Origin: Oculatellaceae cyanobacterium bins.114
Lineage (GTDB): Bacteria > Cyanobacteriota > Cyanobacteriia > Elainellales > Elainellaceae
Direction of reading: 5' to 3'
Assembly: GCA_033764315.1 (NCBI GenBank)
Contig: JANRJA010000105.1
Coordinates: forward strand, 1-45,186
Length of the DNA stretch: 45,186 nucleotides
The position numbers were made by a program, and so were the translations under genes. Shown here one piece after another: positions 1 through 8,298 of this stretch. How positions within the stretch are numbered: position 1 is the first letter of the stretch; the number at the start of each line of letters is the position of its first letter. The notes under the pieces were generated by a model that saw only the letters and a list, made by a program, of their open reading frames with translations, did not search any database and was not told where the DNA came from.

Positions 1-1571
1 CCATCGGTCATCATCGCTGGCTGAAATCGGGCTAATTGCTCTGTTTCTCGCAGAGCTTGCAAGTCTTGTTGAGCCGCTCTAGCAACATCTAAATCGGCTT
101 GAGAGGGATTGGGATAAAGGTTGCCGCTTTCACCGTCTAAAATGCAACGAGTGCCATCACTGAGATTGAGAATCGCTGGCCCTGCCCCTACGATCGCCGG
201 AATATCGAGCGATCGCGCAATGATGGCACTGTGTGAAGTCGGTCCTCCATAGGCCGTGCAAAAGCCCAGTGTCAACGCCGGATTCAGTCCCGCTGTGTCA
301 GAGGGGGTTAAATCTTCGGCAATCAAAATTACGGGAGCGTCAGGTGGAGTGGATTCATCCTCAACACGGTCTGCCAACAGTCGCAACACCCGCCGCCCGA
401 CATCGCGCAAATCAGTGGCTCGACCCGCCAACACTGGATCGGGGAGTTGCTCTAACGCATGGGCACGGTGTTCATAAGCTTGTTGCCATGCCCACGCCGC
501 ACTGTGTTTATCTTGCAAATGAGCGAGCGCCCCTTCTAGCAATTCTGGGTCACTTAAAAACTCCTGATGAGCTAAAAAGATCGCAGCTTTGCCTTTCCCC
601 GATCGCGATTGGACATCTTCATACAAGTCTTGCAATTGCACCTTGGCGGTCTCCACGGCTTGCCGCAGTCGCGTTTCTTCTGCAGTTGGATCAAGAGCCG
701 TGTGCTCAAACACAATCTTGCCGCGTTTGAACTGAAAAATAGGAGCGATCGCCAACCCTGGTGATGCTGCAATGCCTGGAATCGCAAAGGATTCAAAGGT
801 GATTGTTCGTCCCAAAGCGATGGGGGTTGTGTCTTCTCCTTCCTCGCCTAACCCCGCTTCGATTTCCCGTTTTAGGGTTGCCAGTGCCGCATCTTCATCA
901 CTCCCTTGTGCCATCAGACGCACAGTTTTACCCCCTGCGACGCCCAATTTTAACAATGACACCAGGCTTTTGGCACTGGCGGTTTGGGCGCCATACCGGA
1001 TCTGAATTTCCGACTCAAACGCTTTGGCAGCATTAACTAACACCGTAGCTGGACGGGCATGCAGCCCCACTGTACCCGGAATCACCACATCAATGACCTT
1101 GGTAAAATCAGAGGTCATTCCTGCGGCTGCACTTGCTTGAGGAGGTTGGTTAGTCAGACAAGCAATAATATCATCAGGGTTAAGGGTTTGCGCCAACCGC
1201 TTTAGAGTCGGTTCATCGTCTAATACGTGGGTCAGGTTTGAGAGAATTTCTAAATGTTCATCTGATTTAGCAGCAATCCCCACAACGAGGTAAACTTGCT
1301 CTCCAGGGTTCCACTCCACCCCACCCGGAATCTGTACTACAGAAATACCCGTTTTTAGAATTAAATCTCGATCCTTCGGTAGCCCATGCGGAATAGCAAT
1401 GCCATTTCCTAGATAGGTATGAGCTACTTTTTCTCGTTCCATCATGCTGGCAATGTAATCCGGCTGCATATTGCCGTTCTCAACCAACAATTTACCCGCC
1501 TGTGAAATAGCGTCTGCTTTGTTGACTGCTTCTGCTTTTATCTTGATGTTATGTCTGGTCAGGTTGATCAT
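1..1571 (-). CDS. fruB: PTS multiphosphoryl transfer protein, EIIA(Fru/Mtl)-HPr-Enzyme I fusion (FruB/MTP type); 3' end lies beyond the window edge
   Basis: Manual translation from ATG at 1571, open to position 1. MINLTRHNIKIKAEAVNKADAISQAGKLLV...MMEREKVAHTYLGNGIAIPHG (EIIA phospho-His motif); GLHARPA...ANAKSLVSLLKLG (HPr His and Ser motifs); GIAASPGLAIA...LIAEDLTPSDTAGL...GGPTSHSAIIARSLDIPAIVG (EI N-terminal and phospho-His domain). Confidence 0.95.
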   Translation of the reverse strand, partial: MINLTRHNIKIKAEAVNKADAISQAGKLLVENGNMQPDYIASMMEREKVAHTYLGNGIAIPHGLPKDRDLILKTGISVVQIPGGVEWNPGEQVYLVVGIAAKSDEHLEILSNLTHVLDDEPTLKRLAQTLNPDDIIACLTNQPPQASAAAGMTSDFTKVIDVVIPGTVGLHARPATVLVNAAKAFESEIQIRYGAQTASAKSLVSLLKLGVAGGKTVRLMAQGSDEDAALATLKREIEAGLGEEGEDTTPIALGRTITFESFAIPGIAASPGLAIAPIFQFKRGKIVFEHTALDPTAEETRLRQAVETAKVQLQDLYEDVQSRSGKGKAAIFLAHQEFLSDPELLEGALAHLQDKHSAAWAWQQAYEHRAHALEQLPDPVLAGRATDLRDVGRRVLRLLADRVEDESTPPDAPVILIAEDLTPSDTAGLNPALTLGFCTAYGGPTSHSAIIARSLDIPAIVGAGPAILNLSDGTRCILDGESGNLYPNPSQADLDVARAAQQDLQALRETEQLARFQPAMMTD

Positions 1572-1995
1572 CTTCAAAATGCCATTTCAAAAGTTCTTCA
1601 CAGTAAAAGTGCTGCTCATTTTAGCAACATAAATTTATTAAAAATGCGAGTCATTTTCTCATTTATCTATCTATAGGGAGATACCCATACGACGCAATTG
1701 ATCGTACTAAAAAGCCGATATATCCTCAGTTGCATTGATTACTGAGGGCATATTTATTATTTAGACATACTCTTAAATTAATGTATAGATGAACCGCTCT
1801 CAAAATCCTAAATTTAAAGTTTATTTAATTAGAGAAATATCCTTTATATATCACAATAAAACTTTAAATTGCTCAACACCCATCTTATCAATTAGCACGT
1901 TAGAATTTTTAATCTTAGGGGCTTTTCAACACAGTTATTTCTACAATTTTTTCTCTACATTCACTGAATTCAGCTCACCTCAAATAACCCAAAAA

Positions 1996-2030
1996 AAAGA
2001 TTGAAATGATTGAAATATAATTCAATCTTT
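1996..2030. promoter_or_regulatory. Inverted repeat AAAGATTGAA-N15-TTCAATCTTT with an internal GATTGAAAT direct repeat; candidate regulator site between fruB and ppsA
   Basis: Perfect 10-bp inverted repeat about 50 bp upstream of ppsA, in an AT-rich divergent intergenic region. Confidence 0.35.
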
Positions 2031-2081
2031 AATTTGGTTATTTGTTATATTTTTCACCCTCAATACTCCTAGAAAAGCATC

Positions 2082-4634
2082 ATGATTACAACTAAAAGGC
2101 CAGATATTTTCCCTTTGAATCCAGATCTAAAGGAAACAGAATTTGTTCTTTGGTTTGAACAAGTCGGAATTGTTGATGTCCCACTGGTGGGCGGAAAAAA
2201 TGCGTCGCTGGGAGAAATGATTCAACAACTGACTCCCAAGGGAGTTCGGGTTCCGACAGGCTTTGCCACTACGGCCTATGCTTTTCGTTACTTCATGGAA
2301 AAAGCAGGACTGAAAACCCGATTACAGCGGCTGCTGGTTGATCTGGATGTAGAGAATATCCAGAATTTGCAAGAACGTGGCAGACAAGCCCGCACATTGA
2401 TTCTCAATACACCGTTTCCATCAGAGTTAGAGCAAGCCATTATTCGCGCCTATGTGCAGTTGTCAGAGCAGTATGGAGTCTCGGTAGAAACCTGTGAGAG
2501 GCTAGACGGAGAGGACTTAGAAACGTGCCTCAGCCGTTATGGAGGCGTTGATGTAGCCGTGCGATCGAGTGCTACCGCCGAAGACTTGCCCGATGCGAGC
2601 TTTGCCGGACAACAAGACACTTACCTCAACATCAACGGCATTAATGATGTTTTAGAAGCCTGTCGCCGTTGCTTTGCCTCTCTGTTTACCGATCGCGCTA
2701 TTTCCTATCGCACCCTCAAAAACTTCGATCATTTTGAAGTTGCGCTATCGGTCGGAGTTCAAAAAATGGTGCGATCGGATCTGGCATCAGCTGGGGTAAT
2801 GTTTTCCATTGATACCGAGAGTGGTTTCAAAAATGCTGCCTTAATCACCGCAGCCTATGGTTTGGGTGAAAACGTCGTGCAAGGGGTTGTCAATCCTGAT
2901 GAATATATTGTGTTTAAACCCACGCTTCAGCAAGGGTTTCGCCCGATTCTGGAAAAGCGACTGGGCAGCAAAGACATCAAAATGGTATACGACTCAGGGA
3001 GTGGTCGTTCTACGACCAATATGCCTGTCTCCAAGGCAGACCAAGGAAAATTTGCTCTCAACGATGCCGAAATTTTGCAGCTAGCAGAATGGGCATGCAT
3101 TATTGAAACCCACTATTCCCGTGTTCAGGGCACCTATAGTCCGATGGATATTGAGTGGGCCAAGGATGGCACGACAGGTGATTTATTTGTAGTGCAGGCA
3201 CGTCCTGAAACAGTGCATTCTCAAAAAACGAGCAACGTTTTGCGAACCTATCAATTGAGCGATCGCCCCAAAGATCGAGGTGATGACTTCGCTAGTGTAT
3301 CTCTCACCCCAATTCTGACAGGTCGAGCCGTTGGTGAAATGATTGGTCAAGGCAAGGTTCGCATCATTACCGATATTCGTCGGTTAGATGAGTTTCAAGA
3401 AGGCGAGGTGTTGGTGACGACACGCACCGACCCCGATTGGGAACCGATTATGAAACGGGCGAGTGCAGTGATCACTAATCAAGGAGGACGCACCTGTCAC
3501 GCTGCAATTATTGCTAGAGAATTAGGCATTCCAGCGATCGTTGGGTGTGACCACGCAACGGAGATTCTAAAGGATGATCAGGAAGTTACGGTGTCCTGCG
3601 CCGAAGGAGAAGAGGGGCGCGTTTATAACGGCTTATTACCCTTTGAGATTCAAGAATTGCAGTTGGATGACCTACCACGCACTCGCACTCAGGTGTTGAT
3701 GAATGTGGGCAACCCACACGAAGCCTTTCGCCTAGCCTCTATTCCCAATGATGGCGTGGGGTTAGCCCGCACTGAGTTTATTATTGCCAACCACATCAAA
3801 GTTCACCCGTTAGCACTGCTCAATTTCAAACAACTTAAAGACAAAGCGGCGAAGTGGGAGATCTGTCAATTAGCGGCTCAGTATGAAGACTTACCAGAGT
3901 ACTTTGTCGATAAGTTGGCATCTGGGATTGGCATGTTAGCGGCGGCATTTTATCCGAAACCTGTGGTGGTGCGGATGTCGGATTTAAAGAGTAATGAATA
4001 TGCCAATTTGATTGGCGGACGTGAGTTTGAGCCAGAGGAAGAAAACCCAATGATGGGCTGGCGAGGGGCATCGCGGTATTATGACCCCAAATATCAGGCA
4101 GCCTTTGGGTTGGAGTGCCGAGCCTTTAAGCGGGTGCGTGAAGAAATGGGGCTAATAAACGTGATTCCTATGATTCCGTTTTGCAGAACTCCAGCGGAAG
4201 GGCGCAAAGTGCTAGAGGAAATGGCAAAACATGGACTGGTTCAAGGTGAGAATGGGTTACAAGTCTATGTCATGTGCGAACTGCCCAGCAACGTTGAACT
4301 TGCCGATCGCTTCAGTGAGATTTTTGATGGATTTTCGATCGGCTCCAATGACTTAACGCAACTCACGTTGGGACTCGATCGCGACTCTGCATTAGTGTCT
4401 CATTTGTTTGATGAACGCGATGAAGCCGTGAAACGCAAACTCGCGCGGGTGATTGCTACCGCTAAGCAGTTTAATCGCAAGATCGGCATCTGTGGTCAAG
4501 CTCCTAGCGACTATCCTGAGTTTGCTGAATTTTTGGTAGAACAAGGAATTGACTCGATTAGCTTGAACCCCGACTCGGTGTTGAAGACCTTGTTGGCGAT
4601 CGCCCAAACTGAAGCGACCCTAAAACAAACCTAA
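2082..4634 (+). CDS. ppsA: Phosphoenolpyruvate synthase (pyruvate, water dikinase)
   Basis: VGGKNASLGEM, VAVRSSATAEDLPDASFAGQQ, GGRTCHAAIIARELG, EENPMMGWRGASRY and FSIGSNDLTQL motifs. Confidence 0.97.
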   Translation: MITTKRPDIFPLNPDLKETEFVLWFEQVGIVDVPLVGGKNASLGEMIQQLTPKGVRVPTGFATTAYAFRYFMEKAGLKTRLQRLLVDLDVENIQNLQERGRQARTLILNTPFPSELEQAIIRAYVQLSEQYGVSVETCERLDGEDLETCLSRYGGVDVAVRSSATAEDLPDASFAGQQDTYLNINGINDVLEACRRCFASLFTDRAISYRTLKNFDHFEVALSVGVQKMVRSDLASAGVMFSIDTESGFKNAALITAAYGLGENVVQGVVNPDEYIVFKPTLQQGFRPILEKRLGSKDIKMVYDSGSGRSTTNMPVSKADQGKFALNDAEILQLAEWACIIETHYSRVQGTYSPMDIEWAKDGTTGDLFVVQARPETVHSQKTSNVLRTYQLSDRPKDRGDDFASVSLTPILTGRAVGEMIGQGKVRIITDIRRLDEFQEGEVLVTTRTDPDWEPIMKRASAVITNQGGRTCHAAIIARELGIPAIVGCDHATEILKDDQEVTVSCAEGEEGRVYNGLLPFEIQELQLDDLPRTRTQVLMNVGNPHEAFRLASIPNDGVGLARTEFIIANHIKVHPLALLNFKQLKDKAAKWEICQLAAQYEDLPEYFVDKLASGIGMLAAAFYPKPVVVRMSDLKSNEYANLIGGREFEPEEENPMMGWRGASRYYDPKYQAAFGLECRAFKRVREEMGLINVIPMIPFCRTPAEGRKVLEEMAKHGLVQGENGLQVYVMCELPSNVELADRFSEIFDGFSIGSNDLTQLTLGLDRDSALVSHLFDERDEAVKRKLARVIATAKQFNRKIGICGQAPSDYPEFAEFLVEQGIDSISLNPDSVLKTLLAIAQTEATLKQT

Positions 4635-4647
4635 ATCCCCGACCATT

Positions 4648-4983
4648 TTAGGAGCGGGGTGCATACATCATCACTAAAACACCCACTAAAACAATGGCTG
4701 TCCCCAACCAGTCCAATCGGTCGGGGGCAGTCTGATCAATTTGCCATCCCCACAGCAACGATAGGATGATAAAAATGCCCCCATAGGCTGCGTAAACTCG
4801 TCCAAAATTGGCGGGTTGAAACGTGGCGACAAATCCATAAACGATCAATAACACTGCTCCTACAGCAGTCAACCAGACACTTTTATCCTCACGTACCCAC
4901 AACCAAATTAAATATCCTCCACCAATCTCACAGAGTCCTGCCAAAACAAAAATCAAAAGAGATTGGAGTGGATTCATACTCAT
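4648..4983 (-). CDS. ynfA: YnfA/UPF0060 small membrane protein (SMR-like)
   Basis: [15 protein letters not shown] and [10 protein letters not shown] motifs; four TM segments. Confidence 0.9.
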   Translation of the reverse strand: MSMNPLQSLLIFVLAGLCEIGGGYLIWLWVREDKSVWLTAVGAVLLIVYGFVATFQPANFGRVYAAYGGIFIILSLLWGWQIDQTAPDRLDWLGTAIVLVGVLVMMYAPRS

Positions 4984-5069
4984 TACTGCTGAGAAGTAAA
5001 GGTAATTAATAGTATCACTCTAGTATTGCTCTAAAAGCTCTCACAAGGTCTAGAAAGATGGGATACACC

Positions 5070-5873
5070 CTACTGAGAATCCTCTAATCTCAAACGATAT
5101 ACCTCTGGTAACTTCCACCAAGGAAGATGAGGGTATTCGTGGTGTTCGTGGTGATACCCAAAGTGATAACAAGTAATGAATGACCAAAAAGTTGAAAAAG
5201 TAGTACTCCTGGCTCGGTGCTTTGTTGTATAGCCATCGTCTGGTTCGCGATGGGTTAAAAATGTTCCAAAATAGAATAACTGCATTGAACTGAATATAGA
5301 AGGAAAAACCCAAAAAAGGCTGAGGTTCAGTTCAGAAATATGTAGAAAATAGTGAATGCTATGGAATAGCACTATTAACCCTAGTATTCTGCTCCAACTC
5401 CAATATCGTTGCATGAAGTAGAAGTACCAGCTAAAGAAATTAGTATGCCTGCCATCATGAAAATCTGGATCTAACTCAGTGCTGGGGTGTTTGTGATGCA
5501 ACCAGTGTTTTTGAAATAGCTCTCGATACGAAAACAGACCATATACAAATACAGCAAATGAACCGATCGCATTATTAACTCTAGCGTTCATCGGAAAAAC
5601 AGCACCATGCATAGCGTCATGAGCGGTGATAAACAGCCCACTGTACAAAAATGTTTGCCAGAGTAGAGCAAGTCCCATGAGCCAAGGGGAGCTTTTGGAT
5701 AGATCTGCTGAGAGCAGCATTACTAAACTAATCATCCACACACTCAAGATAATTGCGGCGATCGCCACTCCCTGAAATGGTTGAATATTTGCTTCTACCA
5801 ATGATGTGCGTGTTTTCTCTTTCAAGACAGAAAGTCCTAAATCTTTTGTTTTTAATGCTGGAAACCAAATCAC
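5070..5873 (-). CDS. crtW: Beta-carotene ketolase (membrane di-iron desaturase family)
   Basis: His boxes ITAHDAMHG, KHWLHHKHP...DPDF and CYHFGYHHEHHEYPHLPWWKLP; GTG start. Confidence 0.9.
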   Translation of the reverse strand: MIWFPALKTKDLGLSVLKEKTRTSLVEANIQPFQGVAIAAIILSVWMISLVMLLSADLSKSSPWLMGLALLWQTFLYSGLFITAHDAMHGAVFPMNARVNNAIGSFAVFVYGLFSYRELFQKHWLHHKHPSTELDPDFHDGRHTNFFSWYFYFMQRYWSWSRILGLIVLFHSIHYFLHISELNLSLFWVFPSIFSSMQLFYFGTFLTHREPDDGYTTKHRARSTTFSTFWSFITCYHFGYHHEHHEYPHLPWWKLPEVYRLRLEDSQ

Positions 5874-6092
5874 AATCCAAATCTCACTGGCATAAGTTAA
5901 AACCGAATGAACTCAAGAACTCAACTTGTTGAGCTTCTTAACATTTCTTCATCTTAACCATTTATTGGAATAATTTTGTCTGCCTTTTGTGCAATTTCTT
6001 CTTTAATACTCAAGTTTTAGGCTCCAATGCCCCTTTTGATAACCCAATGTGTTACTAAATACAATTTCTACTTCTTTATAATTTTGCCGATA

Positions 6093-6160
6093 TATAACAG
6101 TCCTAAATCAGTTGTGAGATGAGCAGGTTGTACTCTCACAAGCCATTTGGGATTGCCATA
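6093..6160. repeat. Short inverted-repeat (MITE-like) element
   Basis: TATAACAGTCCTAAATCAGTTGTGAGA ... TCTCACAAGCCATTTGGGATTGCCATA imperfect terminal inverted repeats. Confidence 0.55.
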
Positions 6161-6183
6161 GCTATCCTATTTGATTTATAAAA

Positions 6184-6225
6184 AAGGCTGTTTGTGAAGG
6201 TATCTGCCCTTCTGCAAACAGCCTT
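6184..6225. terminator. Stem-loop (terminator-like or repeat-derived)
   Basis: AAGGCTGTTTG..GAAGG / CCTTC..CAAACAGCCTT stem with A/T-rich flanks. Confidence 0.4.
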
Positions 6226-6248
6226 ATTAAACTCACTTCAAAATTACT

Positions 6249-6357
6249 CTCGTTCCTAGCCTCCTGGCTGGGAATATCAGGTAGCGGCTTTGCCGCTTCA
6301 TCTTATAGGAGGCAGAACCTCCAAATTTACGTTCCCAGGCAGAGCCTAAGGAACGAG
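6249..6357. repeat. REP-like composite palindrome (CTCGTTCC...GGAACGAG type)
   Basis: Terminal CTCGTTCCTAGCCTCCTGGCTGGGAA and GTTCCCAGGCAGAGCCTAAGGAACGAG hairpins enclose internal hairpins AGCGGC-TTT-GCCGCT and GGAGG-CAGAA-CCTCC. Confidence 0.7.
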
Positions 6358-6439
6358 GTTGTTGGTTTTAAGGGATTTGTGTTACACCGTAGCCTTCTGA
6401 GAGAGGACTAGGGGAGGGTGGAAAAGTTCTAAAACCCTT

Positions 6440-6617
6440 AATATTCCGTGTTGTGGCTGGCGAATCGAGTTTGCGCCTATTCGATCGAAGTCCGCAGCTT
6501 GACAGCGCGACTAAGCTTCGCTGAATGTCCTGTGCAAACTAGATGGATCGCAGACTAGATGGCTCAAGGTTTTGCTCTTATAGCGTTCGGCTGAGGCTCG
6601 CACCAAAATCTGCGATC
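6440..6617. repeat. Degenerate copy of the GCGAAT(G/C)AATTCGCGGCTA...TATAGC palindromic repeat family
   Basis: GCGAATCGAGTTTGCGCCTA, GAAGTCCGC and GGTTTTGCTCTTATAGCGTTCGGCTGAGGCTCG align by eye with the copies at 8801-8992 and 17805-17920. Confidence 0.5.
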
Positions 6618-6619
6618 GC

Positions 6620-7051
6620 TTACACCTCAACCTCCCAATCTTCAACTTGCAACCCATCCACCCGTCCAAACTCTCGTGTGTTGTGAGTGACCAAGGTTAG
6701 ATTGTTTGCTAGAGCAACCCTTGCGGTATCTGCGAAGCAGCACGCAGCTATTTGTAAGTCATAAGCTCCAATGGGTGTTCCGTTAGTTTCTAACTGCGAT
6801 CGAATCACCCCAAAGGTCGTAGCCGCAAGATCGTCAAACGGCAGCGAGACAAATTGTGCCAAGAATTTTTGCTGTAAGGCAAAGTTGCGTTCCGGATCGG
6901 CACTTTTCATCGCCCCAAAGCAAAGTTCTGCTTTGACGATCGAACATACCGCAATCTCTTGAACCGGAATCGCCTCAAGCCTTTGCTTTAAGTTCAAGTT
7001 TCTGCCTTTTAGATAAATGATGCAGACATTGGTATCAAGCAAATAGTTCAT
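6620..7051 (-). CDS. vapC: VapC-family PIN-domain toxin carrying an apparent 8-aa in-frame insertion
   Basis: YLLDTNVCI, VKAELCFGA, PIGAYDLQIAA and LTLVTHNTREFGRVDGL.EDW motifs. Confidence 0.92.
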   Translation of the reverse strand: MNYLLDTNVCIIYLKGRNLNLKQRLEAIPVQEIAVCSIVKAELCFGAMKSADPERNFALQQKFLAQFVSLPFDDLAATTFGVIRSQLETNGTPIGAYDLQIAACCFADTARVALANNLTLVTHNTREFGRVDGLQVEDWEVEV

Positions 7052-7272
7052 TCCAGAGGTTCGCGTTCAGGTTGTTCGGGTTGAGGATGTCTAAAGAATG
7101 AGTCATCCTGGATGCAGCCGTAAAACTGCGAAAGATCGACCACTTTAACCTCTTTGGGCAAGCTAGTTTGATAGACAATGACAACCTCAATATCCGTATC
7201 CCTCATATCAGGCAAATGAACCTTCAAAAAACCATCACTACCGATGTGAGATTTGAGTGTGATGCTGTGCAT
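7048..7272 (-). CDS. Putative antitoxin of the VapC toxin
   Basis: 74-aa ORF (MHSITLKSHIGSDG...FYGCIQDDSFFRHPQ) overlaps the vapC start by 4 nt (ATGA); GGAGGG RBS upstream of the ATG at 7272. Confidence 0.7.
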   Translation of the reverse strand: MHSITLKSHIGSDGFLKVHLPDMRDTDIEVVIVYQTSLPKEVKVVDLSQFYGCIQDDSFFRHPQPEQPEREPLE

Positions 7273-7288
7273 AATTTTCCCTCCATCC

Positions 7289-7576
7289 CTACAGACTAAG
7301 ATCCTCACCCAATTCTTGCAAAGTTCCCTGCAATTCGGCTATGACTGCTTCCAACTCCCCGATCGCCTCCTGAGCAAGAATTATAGATGCAGGTAATTCG
7401 CTGTTCTTCTCCCCGCTTTCATCCTTGAGCCAGGAGATATCTAAATCGTCATCCCGTTTCACAATCCAGTCACGAGAAAACCATCTCAAGTGTCCTGACT
7501 CCCCTGTGTCCGTGCGCTGTGCCAGACTCGCGATACTACCAAACGGATTATCACCAAAAGCAGCTTTAAATTCTTC
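7289..7576 (-). pseudogene. hsdM: C-terminal remnant of a type I restriction-modification methyltransferase subunit
   Basis: EEFKAAFGDNPFG...RWFSRDWI...DLDISWLKDES...LAQEAIGELEAVIAELQ resembles the HsdM C-terminus. The upstream catalytic part is replaced by the 21-bp array. Confidence 0.75.
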
Positions 7577-8070
7577 AATGTTATTTGAAGCGATCGCGAT
7601 CTTACAAAAGGAGATTTGCGGGCTACTTAAGAATGTCTGTCTATTATAAAGTGCGATCGTGATCGCACAAGGAAACATCGGCGTGTTACTCAATGCAATC
7701 GGCGTGTTACTAAATAACATCGGCGTGTTACTCGATGCGATCAGCGTGTTACTAATTAACATCGTCGCGTTACTCGATGCGATCGTAATGTTATTGAGTA
7801 ACATCATCGCATGCATAATAAAATATTATGTTGATCTAAGTAAAGTATTGGTTTTTCTTAGGAAAATGGCGATCGCACAAAGCAACAGCGGATTGTAACT
7901 CAATACGATTGGTTTATAAGTGATACCGATTTAATGTTTGATTGTGACACATAACTGGGTAGGGGCGTTTCGCGAAACGCCCTTACAGAATCATATGCAG
8001 CGAAGCCAATTCAAATTGGTATGAGTGCGATCGCGATCGTATAAAGAAATATCGCACTGTTTCTAAATAA
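7577..8070. repeat. Degenerate 21-bp tandem repeat array (about 18-20 units) interrupted by a ~100-bp element
   Basis: Core units from 7676: CATCGGCGTGTTACTCAATGC, AATCGGCGTGTTACTAAATAA, CATCGGCGTGTTACTCGATGC, GATCAGCGTGTTACTAATTAA, CATCGTCGCGTTACTCGATGC, GATCGTAATGTTATTGAGTAA. The register continues degenerately on both sides. Confidence 0.9.
7921..8024. mobile_element. Non-autonomous element with TACCGATTT/AAATTGGTA termini, TGA at both ends and an internal GTAGGGGCG REP-like hairpin
   Basis: Removing it restores a 21-mer in register (GATTGGTTTATAAGTGAGTGC). Internal palindrome GTAGGGGCGTTTCGCGAAACGCCCTTAC. Confidence 0.8.
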
Positions 8071-8298
8071 CGCTCATTGTTCTCATCCAAAATCCCCAAT
8101 AGCGCACCAAAAATCCACACCGCAGAGTTGAGCAAAAGGGGTTTACCCCTCCATAAGGGCAATCAGGAAGGGAATATTTACGCAAATGGAATTCCTCTTT
8201 TCCATGATGCTCCACCCAAATTCCCCAAATTCTCGCAGGTGGATGGGCTAACGCAATGAATATAGTGCAGAGGTAGTTTTAACCCAGGAGTATCTACC

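Noticed and set aside
233..1036. Track ORFs 233-730, 256-477, 572-796, 772-1005 and 803-1036
   Set aside because: Shadow frames of the long minus-strand PTS fusion gene.
1789..2004. 71-aa ORF in the fruB-ppsA intergenic region
   Set aside because: AT-rich promoter DNA with no recognisable features.
7659..7898. Array-derived ORF 7659-7898 (+) and the N-terminal half of 7289-7816 (-) as established genes
   Set aside because: Openness follows from the 21-bp periodicity; no clear RBS or family match. Left as an open possibility in the findings.
7577..8070. 21-bp array as a CRISPR array
   Set aside because: Units are contiguous tandem repeats with no unique spacers, and no cas genes are nearby.
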